The position numbers were made by a program, and so were the translations under genes. Under the pieces are notes generated by a model. It worked only from the letters and a program-made list of their open reading frames with translations, was not told the DNA's origin and searched no databases. A stretch of DNA of 64,000 nucleotides from NCBI GenBank assembly GCA_900555615.1, contig USMB01000002.1, forward strand, positions 33,230-97,229, written 5' to 3'. Positions 18,377 to 30,300 of this stretch are shown here, piece after piece. Within the stretch, counting starts at the first letter, position 1; every line of letters starts with the position of its first letter. Source of the stretch: an uncultured Clostridium sp. (GTDB lineage Bacteria > Bacillota > Clostridia > TANB77 > CAG-508).

Positions 18377-19597
18377 ATGAAGGGAAAAAGTCAGAAAAAC
18401 AAAAGAAAATCAGAGTTGAATGCAATGTTTTTTATTATATTGATTGCAGCTGTATTATTTATTATTTCAACATATGCGTGGTTCTCAACTCAAAAGAACG
18501 TATCTATTACAAATTTAAAAGGTACTGTACAAGTTGCTGAAGGTTTGGAAATTTCACTTGATGCCAAGAGTTGGTCAAATTCTATTAAGTTAGGTGATGG
18601 AGATGGAGAAGTTAATATTATAGATAATGCTTATACAGGACATCATAATATTTCACCTTCTGAGATGTTGCCAGTTTCAACTTTAGCTATACCTGCAAAA
18701 GATTCAAAGGGTGATCCAATAGATAATTATTTAAAAATGCTTAGAGGTAAAATTAATGATTCAAAGAAATTAAGTGAGATTGGTTTTACTGCTGATGAAG
18801 GAAAACCGGAAACTAGTAGTCTACCATCTACAGATAAGACATTTCCTGGATTTTTCGCATTTGATATATTTTTAAAGAACTCTTCTAAACAAGAGAAAGA
18901 TGATGATATTCTACAATTAAATTATGATTCATCATTAGAAATTTTGGATGCCTCAAAAAAGAGTACAGGTTTACAAAATACAGCAAGAATTGCTTTTGCT
19001 AGATATACTGGAACAGCTGATGTTATGGCTGGACAAGATGAGGTATTAAAAGCTACTGTAGGAATTGGTGTTGGAGCTACAGAACCTAAAGTAGACAATG
19101 CTGCTATTTGGGAACCAAATGCTGGGGACCATGCTGAATATATGGTTGCAAACAATAACTTAGTAAAGTGGTCTGCATCAGATGCACTAAAATATGCACC
19201 TAAAAAATTAGATAATCCAAAAGATGGTGTTACACAAGGATTTGATGTTGATACTCAAATTCCTACATATGCATTGTCAGACAAAGCTGCTGGAAAAAAT
19301 ATAGATGATATATATAAATGGGATGGAACAGAATCTTTAGTAGCAAAACAAAATACTTTACAAACAAATAAAAAATCTGAAGATGATTATACAATAAAAG
19401 AGGGTGTACAAGATTTAGTAAGTACTTCTGATGGAACTACTAAATTCGGTATTGCACCAAATAAAATTTGTAGAATAAGAGTTTATTTATGGTTAGAAGG
19501 TCAAGATGTTGACTGTATTAACTATGCATCACATGGTGGAGGAGTTAAAGTTAATATAGGATTAGTTAAAGGTTCAACTGTTGGAGCTACAAACTAA
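18377..19597 (+). CDS. Secreted protein with SipW-cognate-like signal peptide; possible TasA/camelysin (M73)-like protein
   Basis: N-terminus K-rich...FFIILIAAVLFIISTYAWFST resembles the TasA-class signal peptide (…GGGTWAAFND). 406 aa, otherwise unrecognised. No sipW in the window. Confidence 0.4.
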   Translation: MKGKSQKNKRKSELNAMFFIILIAAVLFIISTYAWFSTQKNVSITNLKGTVQVAEGLEISLDAKSWSNSIKLGDGDGEVNIIDNAYTGHHNISPSEMLPVSTLAIPAKDSKGDPIDNYLKMLRGKINDSKKLSEIGFTADEGKPETSSLPSTDKTFPGFFAFDIFLKNSSKQEKDDDILQLNYDSSLEILDASKKSTGLQNTARIAFARYTGTADVMAGQDEVLKATVGIGVGATEPKVDNAAIWEPNAGDHAEYMVANNNLVKWSASDALKYAPKKLDNPKDGVTQGFDVDTQIPTYALSDKAAGKNIDDIYKWDGTESLVAKQNTLQTNKKSEDDYTIKEGVQDLVSTSDGTTKFGIAPNKICRIRVYLWLEGQDVDCINYASHGGGVKVNIGLVKGSTVGATN

Positions 19598-19645
19598 TTT
19601 TAACATTGCAAACCAATTATAAATCAATTACCAAAAAATATAAGG

Positions 19646-19670
19646 AGGATACCAAGAGGTGTCCTTTTTA
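19646..19670 (+). terminator. Rho-independent terminator
   Basis: aggatacc-aaga-ggtgtcct stem-loop (one G-U pair), then TTTTT. Confidence 0.65.
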
Positions 19671-19717
19671 TAATTGATGTCACAAAAATATTACAACAAT
19701 ATTACAAAATGCAAGTT

Positions 19718-19776
19718 AAATGTAATACAAATGTAACATAAAACATATTGAGATTGAATGGAAAATGATGTATAAT
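19718..19776 (+). promoter_or_regulatory. Sigma-A promoter preceded by the same tandem TGTAATAYAAA motif
   Basis: aaatgtaatacaaatgtaacataaaacat, then TTGAGA(19748-19753), 17-nt spacer, TATAAT(19771-19776). The inverted partner atattacaacaatattacaaaat lies at 19688-19710. Confidence 0.5.
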
Positions 19777-19824
19777 ATAATAAATAATTATCGATTATAA
19801 AAATACTAAAGACTGGAGGTTAAA

Positions 19825-21087
19825 ATGGCTGGAAATTTATTGAGAAAAACAAAAGAAATTGAAGATAATGTATATAAAATAGATTTTGGCGTTGAAGATG
19901 AAACTGAAATCGAAGCTGAAAATGAGAAAAAAACGTTGAAAGAAGAAGCAGAAAAGCTAGACACAGAAATTGCCAAAGAATTACAACCCAAAAAAGGAAA
20001 AATAATCAAAATAATAGATGATGATGACGAAATAGATGATATTTTTGGTAATGTAGGCGGATTAAATATTGAACAAACAAGCGAAGAGAAACAAAAAGAT
20101 GAAACTGAACAAGAAACTGTCGAAAAAACAAAAAAGAGAAAACTAGCTAGGATAGAAGATGGCATAAAAAGCAGTAAAGTAAGTAAAAAAACAAGTACAA
20201 AAGTAAAAAACAAAGTTCAAAAAATAGCTAAAACTCCTGCCAAACGAGGAAGAAAACCTAAATTAAAAGATATAGAGACAATTGCAGATAACCAAAGTGC
20301 AATAAAAATGCATACAGAAGGTAATTTAACTGAAATAATTTTACTTGAAAACAAATATAAAATAGAACTACAAAAAAACGAGTATAATATATATACAGAA
20401 GCAAACGAAACATCATACATAATAGTAAGAGAAACAATGCTAAGAATAGTTTCTGGAGGAGTTTACATATTGATTGAAAAACAAGGAGAAGACTATGCGA
20501 TAACAACTAACCAGGACTTTAAAATTAATTATGTTATAGATAATTTGGAACGAAAAAATAATGCAGTAAATTTTAAGCTTACAAATTTAACAGAAATTGT
20601 AGCAAATGAAGATGGAATAAATTTTGAAATAGATGAAGAAAAAGTTATAGAAAATAGCTTAGAAGACAACAAAACATTAGTAATTTCTGAAGAAGATGGA
20701 AAAGTTTATTTGCCATACACTAAAGAAGATATAAAAAAAGATATTTCGGAAAATAAAGGTGCGAAAATCTCAGAAGTTATTGACCAAAACTATGTATTGC
20801 CATTAGATAAATATAAAAATTCTATGAGAGCACGTTTTAGAGAAGGATATAATTTAATGTATTATAGAGAAAAAAAATCTAAACGAAGTGCTATAATGCT
20901 AGGAATTGAATTAATGTTTGAGTCAAATTTACATCCTGCAATAATATCTGCGTGCAAAACATTAGAAGAATTAGATATTTATTTAGATTGCCTTGAAGAT
21001 AATGAGTTAGAGAAATTTTCTTGCTTTAGAATTATTTATAAAAGTCTTCCAACTTTACATAAAAATAATAAGGCACAAGAGTTTTAA
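19825..21087 (+). CDS. Hypothetical charged protein with AT-hook-like motif
   Basis: 420 aa. N-terminal half is E/K-rich with KRGRKPK (AT-hook-like GRP core). C-terminal half of unknown family. RBS GGAGG. Confidence 0.5.
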   Translation: MAGNLLRKTKEIEDNVYKIDFGVEDETEIEAENEKKTLKEEAEKLDTEIAKELQPKKGKIIKIIDDDDEIDDIFGNVGGLNIEQTSEEKQKDETEQETVEKTKKRKLARIEDGIKSSKVSKKTSTKVKNKVQKIAKTPAKRGRKPKLKDIETIADNQSAIKMHTEGNLTEIILLENKYKIELQKNEYNIYTEANETSYIIVRETMLRIVSGGVYILIEKQGEDYAITTNQDFKINYVIDNLERKNNAVNFKLTNLTEIVANEDGINFEIDEEKVIENSLEDNKTLVISEEDGKVYLPYTKEDIKKDISENKGAKISEVIDQNYVLPLDKYKNSMRARFREGYNLMYYREKKSKRSAIMLGIELMFESNLHPAIISACKTLEELDIYLDCLEDNELEKFSCFRIIYKSLPTLHKNNKAQEF

Positions 21088-21227
21088 AATTGTAAATTGA
21101 AATACAAAAATAGTGGGCTGATTCTAAATAAACAAATTGTAAAATAATGTAAAAATATATTAAAATTTTAAAAGCCTGAAACCTTAGAAATAAACGGGTT
21201 TGAAGTAAAAATAAAAATAAAAGAAAA

Positions 21228-21254
21228 AAGTGCTAAAAATGGCACTTTTTTTTT
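21228..21254 (+). terminator. Rho-independent terminator (part of the giant-gene 1 upstream cassette)
   Basis: aagtgcta-aaaa-tggcactt stem-loop, then nine T's. Confidence 0.7.
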
Positions 21255-21274
21255 GAAAAAAATCGCGAAAATTG

Positions 21275-21303
21275 TTGAAAAAAAACAGTGATTATGATAT
21301 AAA
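21275..21303 (+). promoter_or_regulatory. Putative promoter of giant gene 1
   Basis: TTGAAA(21275-21280), 17-nt spacer, TGaTATAAA(21298-21303). A second TTGAAAAAAA box sits 23 nt upstream. The whole cassette is duplicated upstream of giant gene 2. Confidence 0.5.
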
Positions 21304-21352
21304 TATATAGAGAAAAATATAAGATTTTTGAAGCAAAAGATGGAGGAAAAAC

Positions 21353-24300
21353 ATGTTAAAAAATAAAATAATTGTTAAGAAAATTAGAAATATATTAATA
21401 TTATTTATGGCAATCTTGATAATGATTGGAGCATACCATAATGTTCGAAGGTCAAGAGCAGAAAATGTAATAGAAATTTCGATGGAGGTAGCAGATAAAA
21501 ACAACAGCTTGGAAAAACAAACAGTAACGATTGATGCTACAGAAACTAAAAATGGAGTTTATTTAGCAGAGTTACCAACATCTGTAAACGGAAATAGGGT
21601 AACTAAATATTATACATCAGATGGCGAAGAACTTGAAATAGATCCAGCTAGTGTAGAAAAAATAACATTAGAGTTAACAGAAGATGAATTAGCAAATAAA
21701 AAAATTAGCTTAGGAACAGAGTATGACAAAAAGACTGCTATTATTGATGATGTTGAAACAACTCTTTACAACAAAGAATTTATAAATGAAGACGGAGATG
21801 TTATTGTAACAGGATATATGCCTCTAGATATTCAATTAGATTTTACTGAAATTGATGCTAATGCATTAAAAGATATAAGACTTCCTAGTGATGATTTAAC
21901 AGTAAAAAAATCTTTTGGAATCTCTATACAAGAAATGATAGATGTATCCAAGACAACAGACAAAGCCGAAACAGATGATACAACTAAAACTGATGGAAAG
22001 AATCAAGTGAATGATACAACTGGATTAGCTGAAAATGCTCAAACAAATGAAACAGAAAAACAATTAATAGAATATGATTCAACAAAATATGGTGAAGATA
22101 TAACAATAAAAATAAAACAAGCTGATAGCAAAGAAGAAACTGTAATCTATAGTTTTTCTGATGGCACACCAGTAACAGAAGTTGTTTATACAAACACAGA
22201 TGGAATATTGAGTTTCTTAAAGAATGATAATGATAAATTCATATATACAGTAAAAAAACAAGAGACAACAGATAATGTAGCAAGTGAAGAACAAGTTGTT
22301 GATGATACACAAGATAGTGATGCAGTTCAAATAGATGAAGATACAACAACTTCTGATGATAGTACAATAGTAAATAGGCCTAACAATGGACCTAAAAAAG
22401 CTCAAGCAAGAGCAGGAAGTAAAGTTGCGACATTAGACACAATTTGGAGTCATGGAGAATCACTTGGAAACGGACTAAATAATGCACAAAATAGTAATTT
22501 CTTTGGATTAGTTCCAAGAGGAAAAATATCTAGTATAACATTACTTACATCTGATGGAAAAGATTCAAGTGGAAATAAAATAAATTTTGATGTTAGTGGT
22601 GCACAAAGTCAATCAATAGCGACTGGTGGATCAGTTATTCTTTACTGTATACCTAATGGTAGCACATATAAAGCTTATATGCTTCCGGGTTCTGATGTAG
22701 GAACTATAAAATTTAATTCAGATTCAAAATTTATATTTTCATATTTAGGATATGAATCTTCATGTACTGAAACAGAAGTTGTAAAAGGATTTTTTGATTC
22801 TAGCAGTATAGTTGATACAAGTGGAATTACACAGGCAAGAGCAATGTTTGCACATATTGGAAGAAATGGAAGTATGAGAACATTAACTATTGGACCTAAA
22901 TTTACTACAACTTCAATAAAAGATACACAAGATATGTTTTATGAATGTGGATTTTCAAATATGACAACCTTGAAATTTAGTTCTAATTTCAAACTGGAAA
23001 ATGCAACAAATCTTTTATCAATGTTTTACAGATGTGGATACAACAAATTAACAAGCTTAGATTTATCAAATATGACAACTGCTAATGCAACAAGTATGGA
23101 ACATATGTTTAATATGTGTGGAAATCAAAGTTTGACAAGTTTGAAAATAGGATTTAATACAAGCAAAGTAACAAATATGCATGCTATGTTTGCTAACTGC
23201 GGAACAGAAAAATTGACGACATTCAGCTTAGGAAACAATTTTAATACAAGCAATGTAACAGACATGGGATATATGTTTGAAAAATTTGGTGGACCATTAA
23301 CAGAACTAAAATTGGGAAGCAATTTTTCAACAAGTAAAGTAACTAATATGCAAGGAATGTTCTCTCAAACAGGAACAAAATCAATGAAAAAAATCCAACT
23401 TGGAGATAAATTTACATCAATAGCTTCTGGAAATTATTCAGACTTCTTAAATAATACAGGAGCAAGTGGATGTAAAATATATGTACCAGGAGCAATATAT
23501 TCAAATAAACATGCAGTAAAATTAAGTACTAGTTCATCAACAACAATATCATATACAAAAGGATATATAGTAGGACCTGACAATGCAGCTCCAACATGGG
23601 CAGACAATGTAAACGGTGCAAAATATTCAGCAACTGATCATACATATACAATGAATTTAGTAGGTTCTGATGCAGTGGCATTAGATGCAGAAGCTTCAAC
23701 ATTAACTAAAGGCTCAACTATAAAAGTAAAAATAGGAAATTCAGAAACATCTAATTATACGCTTGGTGCAACGAGTTTAAGTTCAGATGAAAATACTAAA
23801 ACATTTCCATTAACTATAAACAATTACACAGGTGGGGCAATTACAATTACAATATCAGCAGGAACACTTATAGACTTAAGAGAAAATAAAAGTGCTGCCA
23901 AAACTTATAATATTGCATCTGTTGATGGAACTGCACCAAAATGGAGCTCAAGTGTAAGTGGAGGAACATATTCAGGGACTGATAAAACATATACATTAAG
24001 TTTAGTAGGTACTGATGAAACTTCATTAGATGATAGCGAGTCTAAACTAACAAGAGGTTCAAATATAACTGTAAAAGTAAATAATACAAGTACGTCAAAT
24101 TATACACTTGGAAATACAACATTAAGCTCAGATGGAAGAACTAAAACTTTCCCATTGACAATAAGCAGTTATTCAGGAGGAACAATTGTAATTACAATAA
24201 CAAAAGGGGCATTAGTAGATAGAAATGGAAATACAGAAGCAAGTGGTGCAACATATACAATAAGACCTAATGTAGATACAACAGCACCAAAATGGAGTAG

Positions 24301-27300
24301 TAATGTAACTAATGGAAGTTATTCATCAACTGGACATACATATAGCTTGACTATAACAGGAACAGATGAAACTCAATTACAATCTAATAAGCTAAGTACT
24401 TTTAATACAACGGTTCAGGTTAATGGAAGTAAAGTAACCAATTTAGACTTTGCACAACCAGTACTTAGCTCTGATAAAAAAACAATAACAATTAAATTAA
24501 CAATTAAAAATTACACCGGTGGAAAAATTACAATAAAAATTGCATCAGGAGCGTTGATTGATGCAACAGGAAATGCAGATACTAAAGGAGCAACATATGA
24601 ATTTACTCCTAATACAGATGTAACAGCACCAAAATGGAATAGTTCAGTAAATAATGCAACATATTCATCATCTGCTAATACATATACATTTGAAGTTGTG
24701 GGAACAGATGAAACAAGTTTAAAAACAGGATTGACATTAAATGCATCTAATGCACCAATAACAGTAAATGGTTCAACAGCAAGTGTAACATATGGTTCGG
24801 GACAATATTCAAACAGTAATAAAACAGTAACATTTAAAATAACAGTAAGAAATTATTCTGGTGGAAAAATAGTAATGAATATTAAAGCAGGTGCATTGCA
24901 AGATAATGGTAATCCAGTAAATTCGAGCGTTGCACAAAATTACACGATGGATCCTCAGACAGATTTTACAGCACCAGTATGGAATGGGTCTATAAATAAT
25001 GGAAAACTTTCTGGTAGTACATATACATTAAATTTAATAGGAACAGATGAAACAAAATTACAACAAACAACATTAAGCACATCAAATGTTTCTGTAACAG
25101 TAGGAGGAAAGTCAGCATCATTTTCTTTCTCAAATAGAGGACAAGGACAATTGTCAAATAACAACAAAACAATAACATTTGGAATGACGATTTCAAATTT
25201 CACAGGTGGAAATGTAACAATAACAATTAATGCAGGAGCATTAAAAGATACAGAAGGAAATTTGAGTGTAAAACAAACATATTCATTTTCAGTAGATGGA
25301 ACTGCACCAAAATGGAATTCAAGTGTTACTGGAGGTACATATTCAAGTACTGCACATACTTATACTGTGAAATTGATAGGAACTGATGAAACAAAATTAA
25401 ATGACTCAATGTCAGCATTAAGTTCATCAAATGTAACAATAAAAATAAATGGAACACCAATAAGTACTTTCTCATTTAAATCATCAATTAGCTCTGACTA
25501 TAAAACCAAAACATTTACATTAACAATTACAAATTATACAGGAGGAAAAATAACAATTCAAATAGACGAAGGAGCATTAGTTGATACAGCAGGAAATAAA
25601 GAAGCAAATGGAGCAAAATATGAATTTACCCCAAATATAGATTCTGTGGTACCAGCATGGAAGACTAGTATAAGTGGTGGAACGTATTCATCAACTAACC
25701 ACACATATTCATTTAGTTTGGTAGGTACTGATGAAACAGCATTAAATAATTCAGCATCTGTATTAAATTATGATAATATGCTAGTAACAGTAAATGGAAC
25801 AAAAGTTACACGATCTAATTTAGTATTTGGCTCAACCTCAATAAGCTCAGATAATAAAACAAAAACATTTCCAATAACCATAAATGGATTCACAGGAGGA
25901 GCTGTAGTAATAACAATAAATTCTGGTGCATTATCAGATATGACTGGAAATAAGAGTAGCGAAATTAGCTATAAATTTACTATTGATGGTACTTTACCAG
26001 TATGGAGTAATGCTATAAATGGTGGAACATATGATGAAAATGCTAAAACATATACATTTAAATTGGTTGGATCAGATGAGACTGGAATCCAACAAACTAC
26101 ATTAAGCTCATCAAATGTAACAGTAACAATGGGCGGAAAAACAGCAAATGTTACATTTTCTAATGGCGGTAAAGGAACTATAAATGATAAAACAATAACA
26201 TTTGAGTTAACAATTAATAGCTTTGTAGGTGGACAGATAAATATTTCAATTAGTGCAGGAGCATTAAAAGATACTTCAAATAACTTAAGTGTGGCAAAAA
26301 CATATTCATTTAGCAAAGACGTAACGCCACCAACATGGGATTCTAAAATAACAAGTACATCATATAAAAACAGTATATATACAGTTAATGTTACAGGTAC
26401 TGATGAAACAGCATTAAATAATTCAAGTTCAACATTAAGCTCATCAAATGTAACAGTAACAGTAAATGGAACTGCAGTAAGTGCTTCAAATTTAACATTT
26501 AGTGGTCAATTAGCATCAGATTCAAAATCAAAAGCATTTGCGATTGGAATAAAGAGCTTTACAGGTGGAGAAATAAAAATTGTAATAAATCCAGGGGCCT
26601 TGACAGATACATCAGGAAATAAAGAAAAGACTGGAGCAACATATAATTTAACTGCTGATATAACACCACCTGCTTGGGGAAATGCAACAGGAAAATATAA
26701 TCCAGATGACCAATCTTATACAATAACAGTAACTGGTACAGATGATATTGAATTAAATACTAGTGCATCTGCACTTACAACATCTAATTCAACATTGACA
26801 GTTGGCGGAACTGCAGTGACACCAACAATAACTAAAACAGCTTCTACATCAAAAAGTGTGACATATGAAATAAAAATTTCAAAGCATACAGGTGGAGCAA
26901 TTTCATTTAAAATTAATGCAGGAGCATTAAAAGATGCTCAAAACAATACTAGTGCTGAAAAAACATATACATTTGCAGCAGTAGATGCAGTAAAACCAAC
27001 ATGGGCAAGTAACATTTCTGGAGGTACATATTCAAATGGTACATACTCATTTAGTGTAGTGGGTTCTGATGAAACAAAGTTGGATACTTCAAAATCAGTA
27101 CTAAGTTCATCAAATTTTTCAGTAACCACTAGTGGAAATGCAGTAAGCTCAAGTGATATAACTTTTGGATCACCAACACTAAGTTCAGATGGAAAAACAA
27201 AAACATTTCCTATAACAATAAAAAACTTTAAAGGTGGACAAGTAAATATTACAATTGCTGAAAAAGCTTTGTATGATACAACTGGTAACTGGAGTGTTTC

Positions 27301-30300
27301 AAAAACATATTCATTCTATAAAGATATAACACCACCAGTATGGGATGATAGCATACAAAATCCATTATATAATCATTCAACAAAAGGATATTATTTTGAA
27401 TTAGTAGGAACAGATGAAACAAAATTAAATACAAGTAGTTCAACATTGACAACATCAAATGTAAAAATAACAGTTGGAGGAACAAATACAACTAATTTTA
27501 CACTTGGAACAGCAACAACAAGTTCTGATTCTAAAACAAAAACATTTCCTATAACACTTAATAGCTATACAGGTGGAGAAATTATAATAACAGTATCTGC
27601 TGGAGCTTTAAAAGATACAGCAGGAAATTCAAGTGCTGTAAAAGAATACAAAATTACACCAGATATTACAAAACCAGTTTGGTCATATCAAAATTTAACA
27701 TATGACCCAGACTCAATGACATATTCAGTTGAACTAGTCGGAACTGATGAAACAGCGTTAAATACAAATGTTTCTACATTGATATCAACAGGTAGCTCAA
27801 AAAATCTTTTAGTAACTTGTGGTGGTACATCAGTTACGCCAACATTGGAAAAGACTTCAACAACTTCAACAAAGATAATTTATAAATTAACTATTAATGA
27901 TTATCCAGGTGGAGCAGTGGCTATAACAATATCAGAGGGAGCATTAATAGATACATCATCAAATAGAAGTGACCATAAAGTTATAAATCTTCCTGAAAAG
28001 GATAGAACAAAACCAACTTTAAAAGTACAAAACAATAATTATTCTGATGATTCAGGACAATATACATTTGAAGTTGTAGCAACAGATGAGACTGCGATAG
28101 ACACAACAAGATCTAATTTGGCACCAAATGGAAGCTCAAAAAATATTACAGTAAAATGTGGAAATACAACAATTGTTCCATCAATCACTTCAAGAAATAC
28201 TTCTGATGGAAAATCAATTATATATACTGTTACAATTTCTGAGTATCCAGGTGGAACAGTATCAGTTGCAATCGATGCAGGTGCAATTTACGATACAACA
28301 GGAAACAAGAGTAATTCTGCTTCATTTACATTACCAGCAGCAGATGTTCAAAAACCACAATGGGCAGACAGTGCAGAATTCTCATATGATGAAAATAATA
28401 GTACAGTTAGTATAACATTGACTGGTACAGATGATGTTGGATTAAATGATTCAAAATCAGTTTTAAATTTATCAACCAATTTAGTAATTTATAATAATGG
28501 TGCAGTTGTATCTTCTGAAAATATTAAGCTTGGAACTCCAACAATTAGCCAAGATAAGTTGACTAAGAAGTTCCCAATTACACTTAATAACTTTGCAGGA
28601 GGAACAACATCTATTGCAATTAGCAAAGGGGCATTGGTTGATAATAGTGGAAAAACAAGTGATGCTAAGACATATAATTTTACTGATATGATAAAACCAA
28701 AATGGTACATGGATGGAAATGGCTCATATAATACAAAATCAAAAGAATATACTATAACACTAGATGCAAGAGATGATACAGAAATTAAAACAGTAAATTT
28801 GACAACTTCAACAATGACAGTTACTGTTGGTGGAACAGCAGTAACACCTACAATAACACAAGTGACTGATGGAATTCAGGAAAAGAGATATACTATTACA
28901 ATTCCTAACTATACAGGAGGAACGATAAATATAACATTAAATGCAGGAACTATAGTAGATACTGCTGGAAATGCAAGTATTCAAACACCATTTTCTGTAA
29001 CACCAGATGTTACAGCTCCATTATGGAAAGCTGGAAGTGCAGGCTATGTAAATGCAACAACAAGTGATGATGTTACAATAGAATTGCTTGGTACTGATAC
29101 TAAAATGCTTGCCACATCAAATTTAACAAAACAAGATTTAATTGTTAAATATGGTGATACAATTATTGATTATGATAAAATTAATTTGAGTGAAGTAACC
29201 TATACAAATGACGGAAAAGGTGGAGTTAAATATGTATTAACTCTTCAGGAATATACAGGTGAGGTGGTATCTGTATTCTTACCAGCAGGTACATTAACAG
29301 ATCAAGCAGGAAATACAAGTGTTGATACTACACTTGCAATAGAGTCAATTTTACCACCAGAGGATACAGATGTGCCAACAGTAAGTGGTACTCAAGTAAA
29401 GGTAGATAATCTTTCTCAGGTAATTTATATAACTTTTGATATTACAGATATGAGTTTTGATTATACTCATCATTTGACAGCAGAAGATTTTGAAGTTACA
29501 AAGACTTATAAAGTAAGAAATGGATATTGGGGAACTAAAGAAGAAACAGTAACAATTACTCCAACAATAGAAATTGTAAGAGAAACAAGATTAACAGGAA
29601 AAAAAGGTTATAGATATAAGATAAAACTAACTAATGTTGATATAACAACAACACCGTTATGGGGAATTGGAGGAACACAAAGTAACCCAGCTACAATTAA
29701 AGTATATTTAAATAAAGATGCAATGTTAGATAGATTGAGTAAAGGAAATGAGAAAACACTATTAATGAACCAGCAAGTTACATTTGAATCTTCAACAACA
29801 GATGCAGCAATTTCTTTAAGAAGTGCAATAGTAAATAATACCGATGATGATAAAAACTTGACTATACAATTAACTGTAAACAAGAGCAATTCGTGGTGGG
29901 GAACATTCTTCTTTATACCAGGAATTTATGGTTCAACTGCAACAAACAAAAAACTATCTACAGATAATATATATGATTTAAGATTTGATGGTGTATCTGT
30001 AGGTGATAGTAGTGCAATTGATATTACAGTTGAAGAATTAACAAGTAGTAGTACTACTACAGGAGGAGGGTTCTGGTGGAACCAAGGAACTACAACTACT
30101 ACAGCAGTATATAGAATAATTTTATCAAACCTTGAAGAAGCATTAAGACAAAACTTAAAGAGCTACAAAGAATGGAGTGGTTGTGTTGAGTTAGACATAG
30201 GACCAAGCTCAGATACAATATATACTGTAAGAAATGAGGATGAAGATTTAGAAGGTTTTGAATATAAAAATACACAAGATATACTATTCGTAGATGTTAT

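Noticed and set aside
19641-19650. AAGGAGGA RBS-like sequence at 19642-19649 suggesting a small ORF
   Set aside because: It forms the 5' arm of the terminator hairpin aggatacc/ggtgtcct and no ORF follows.
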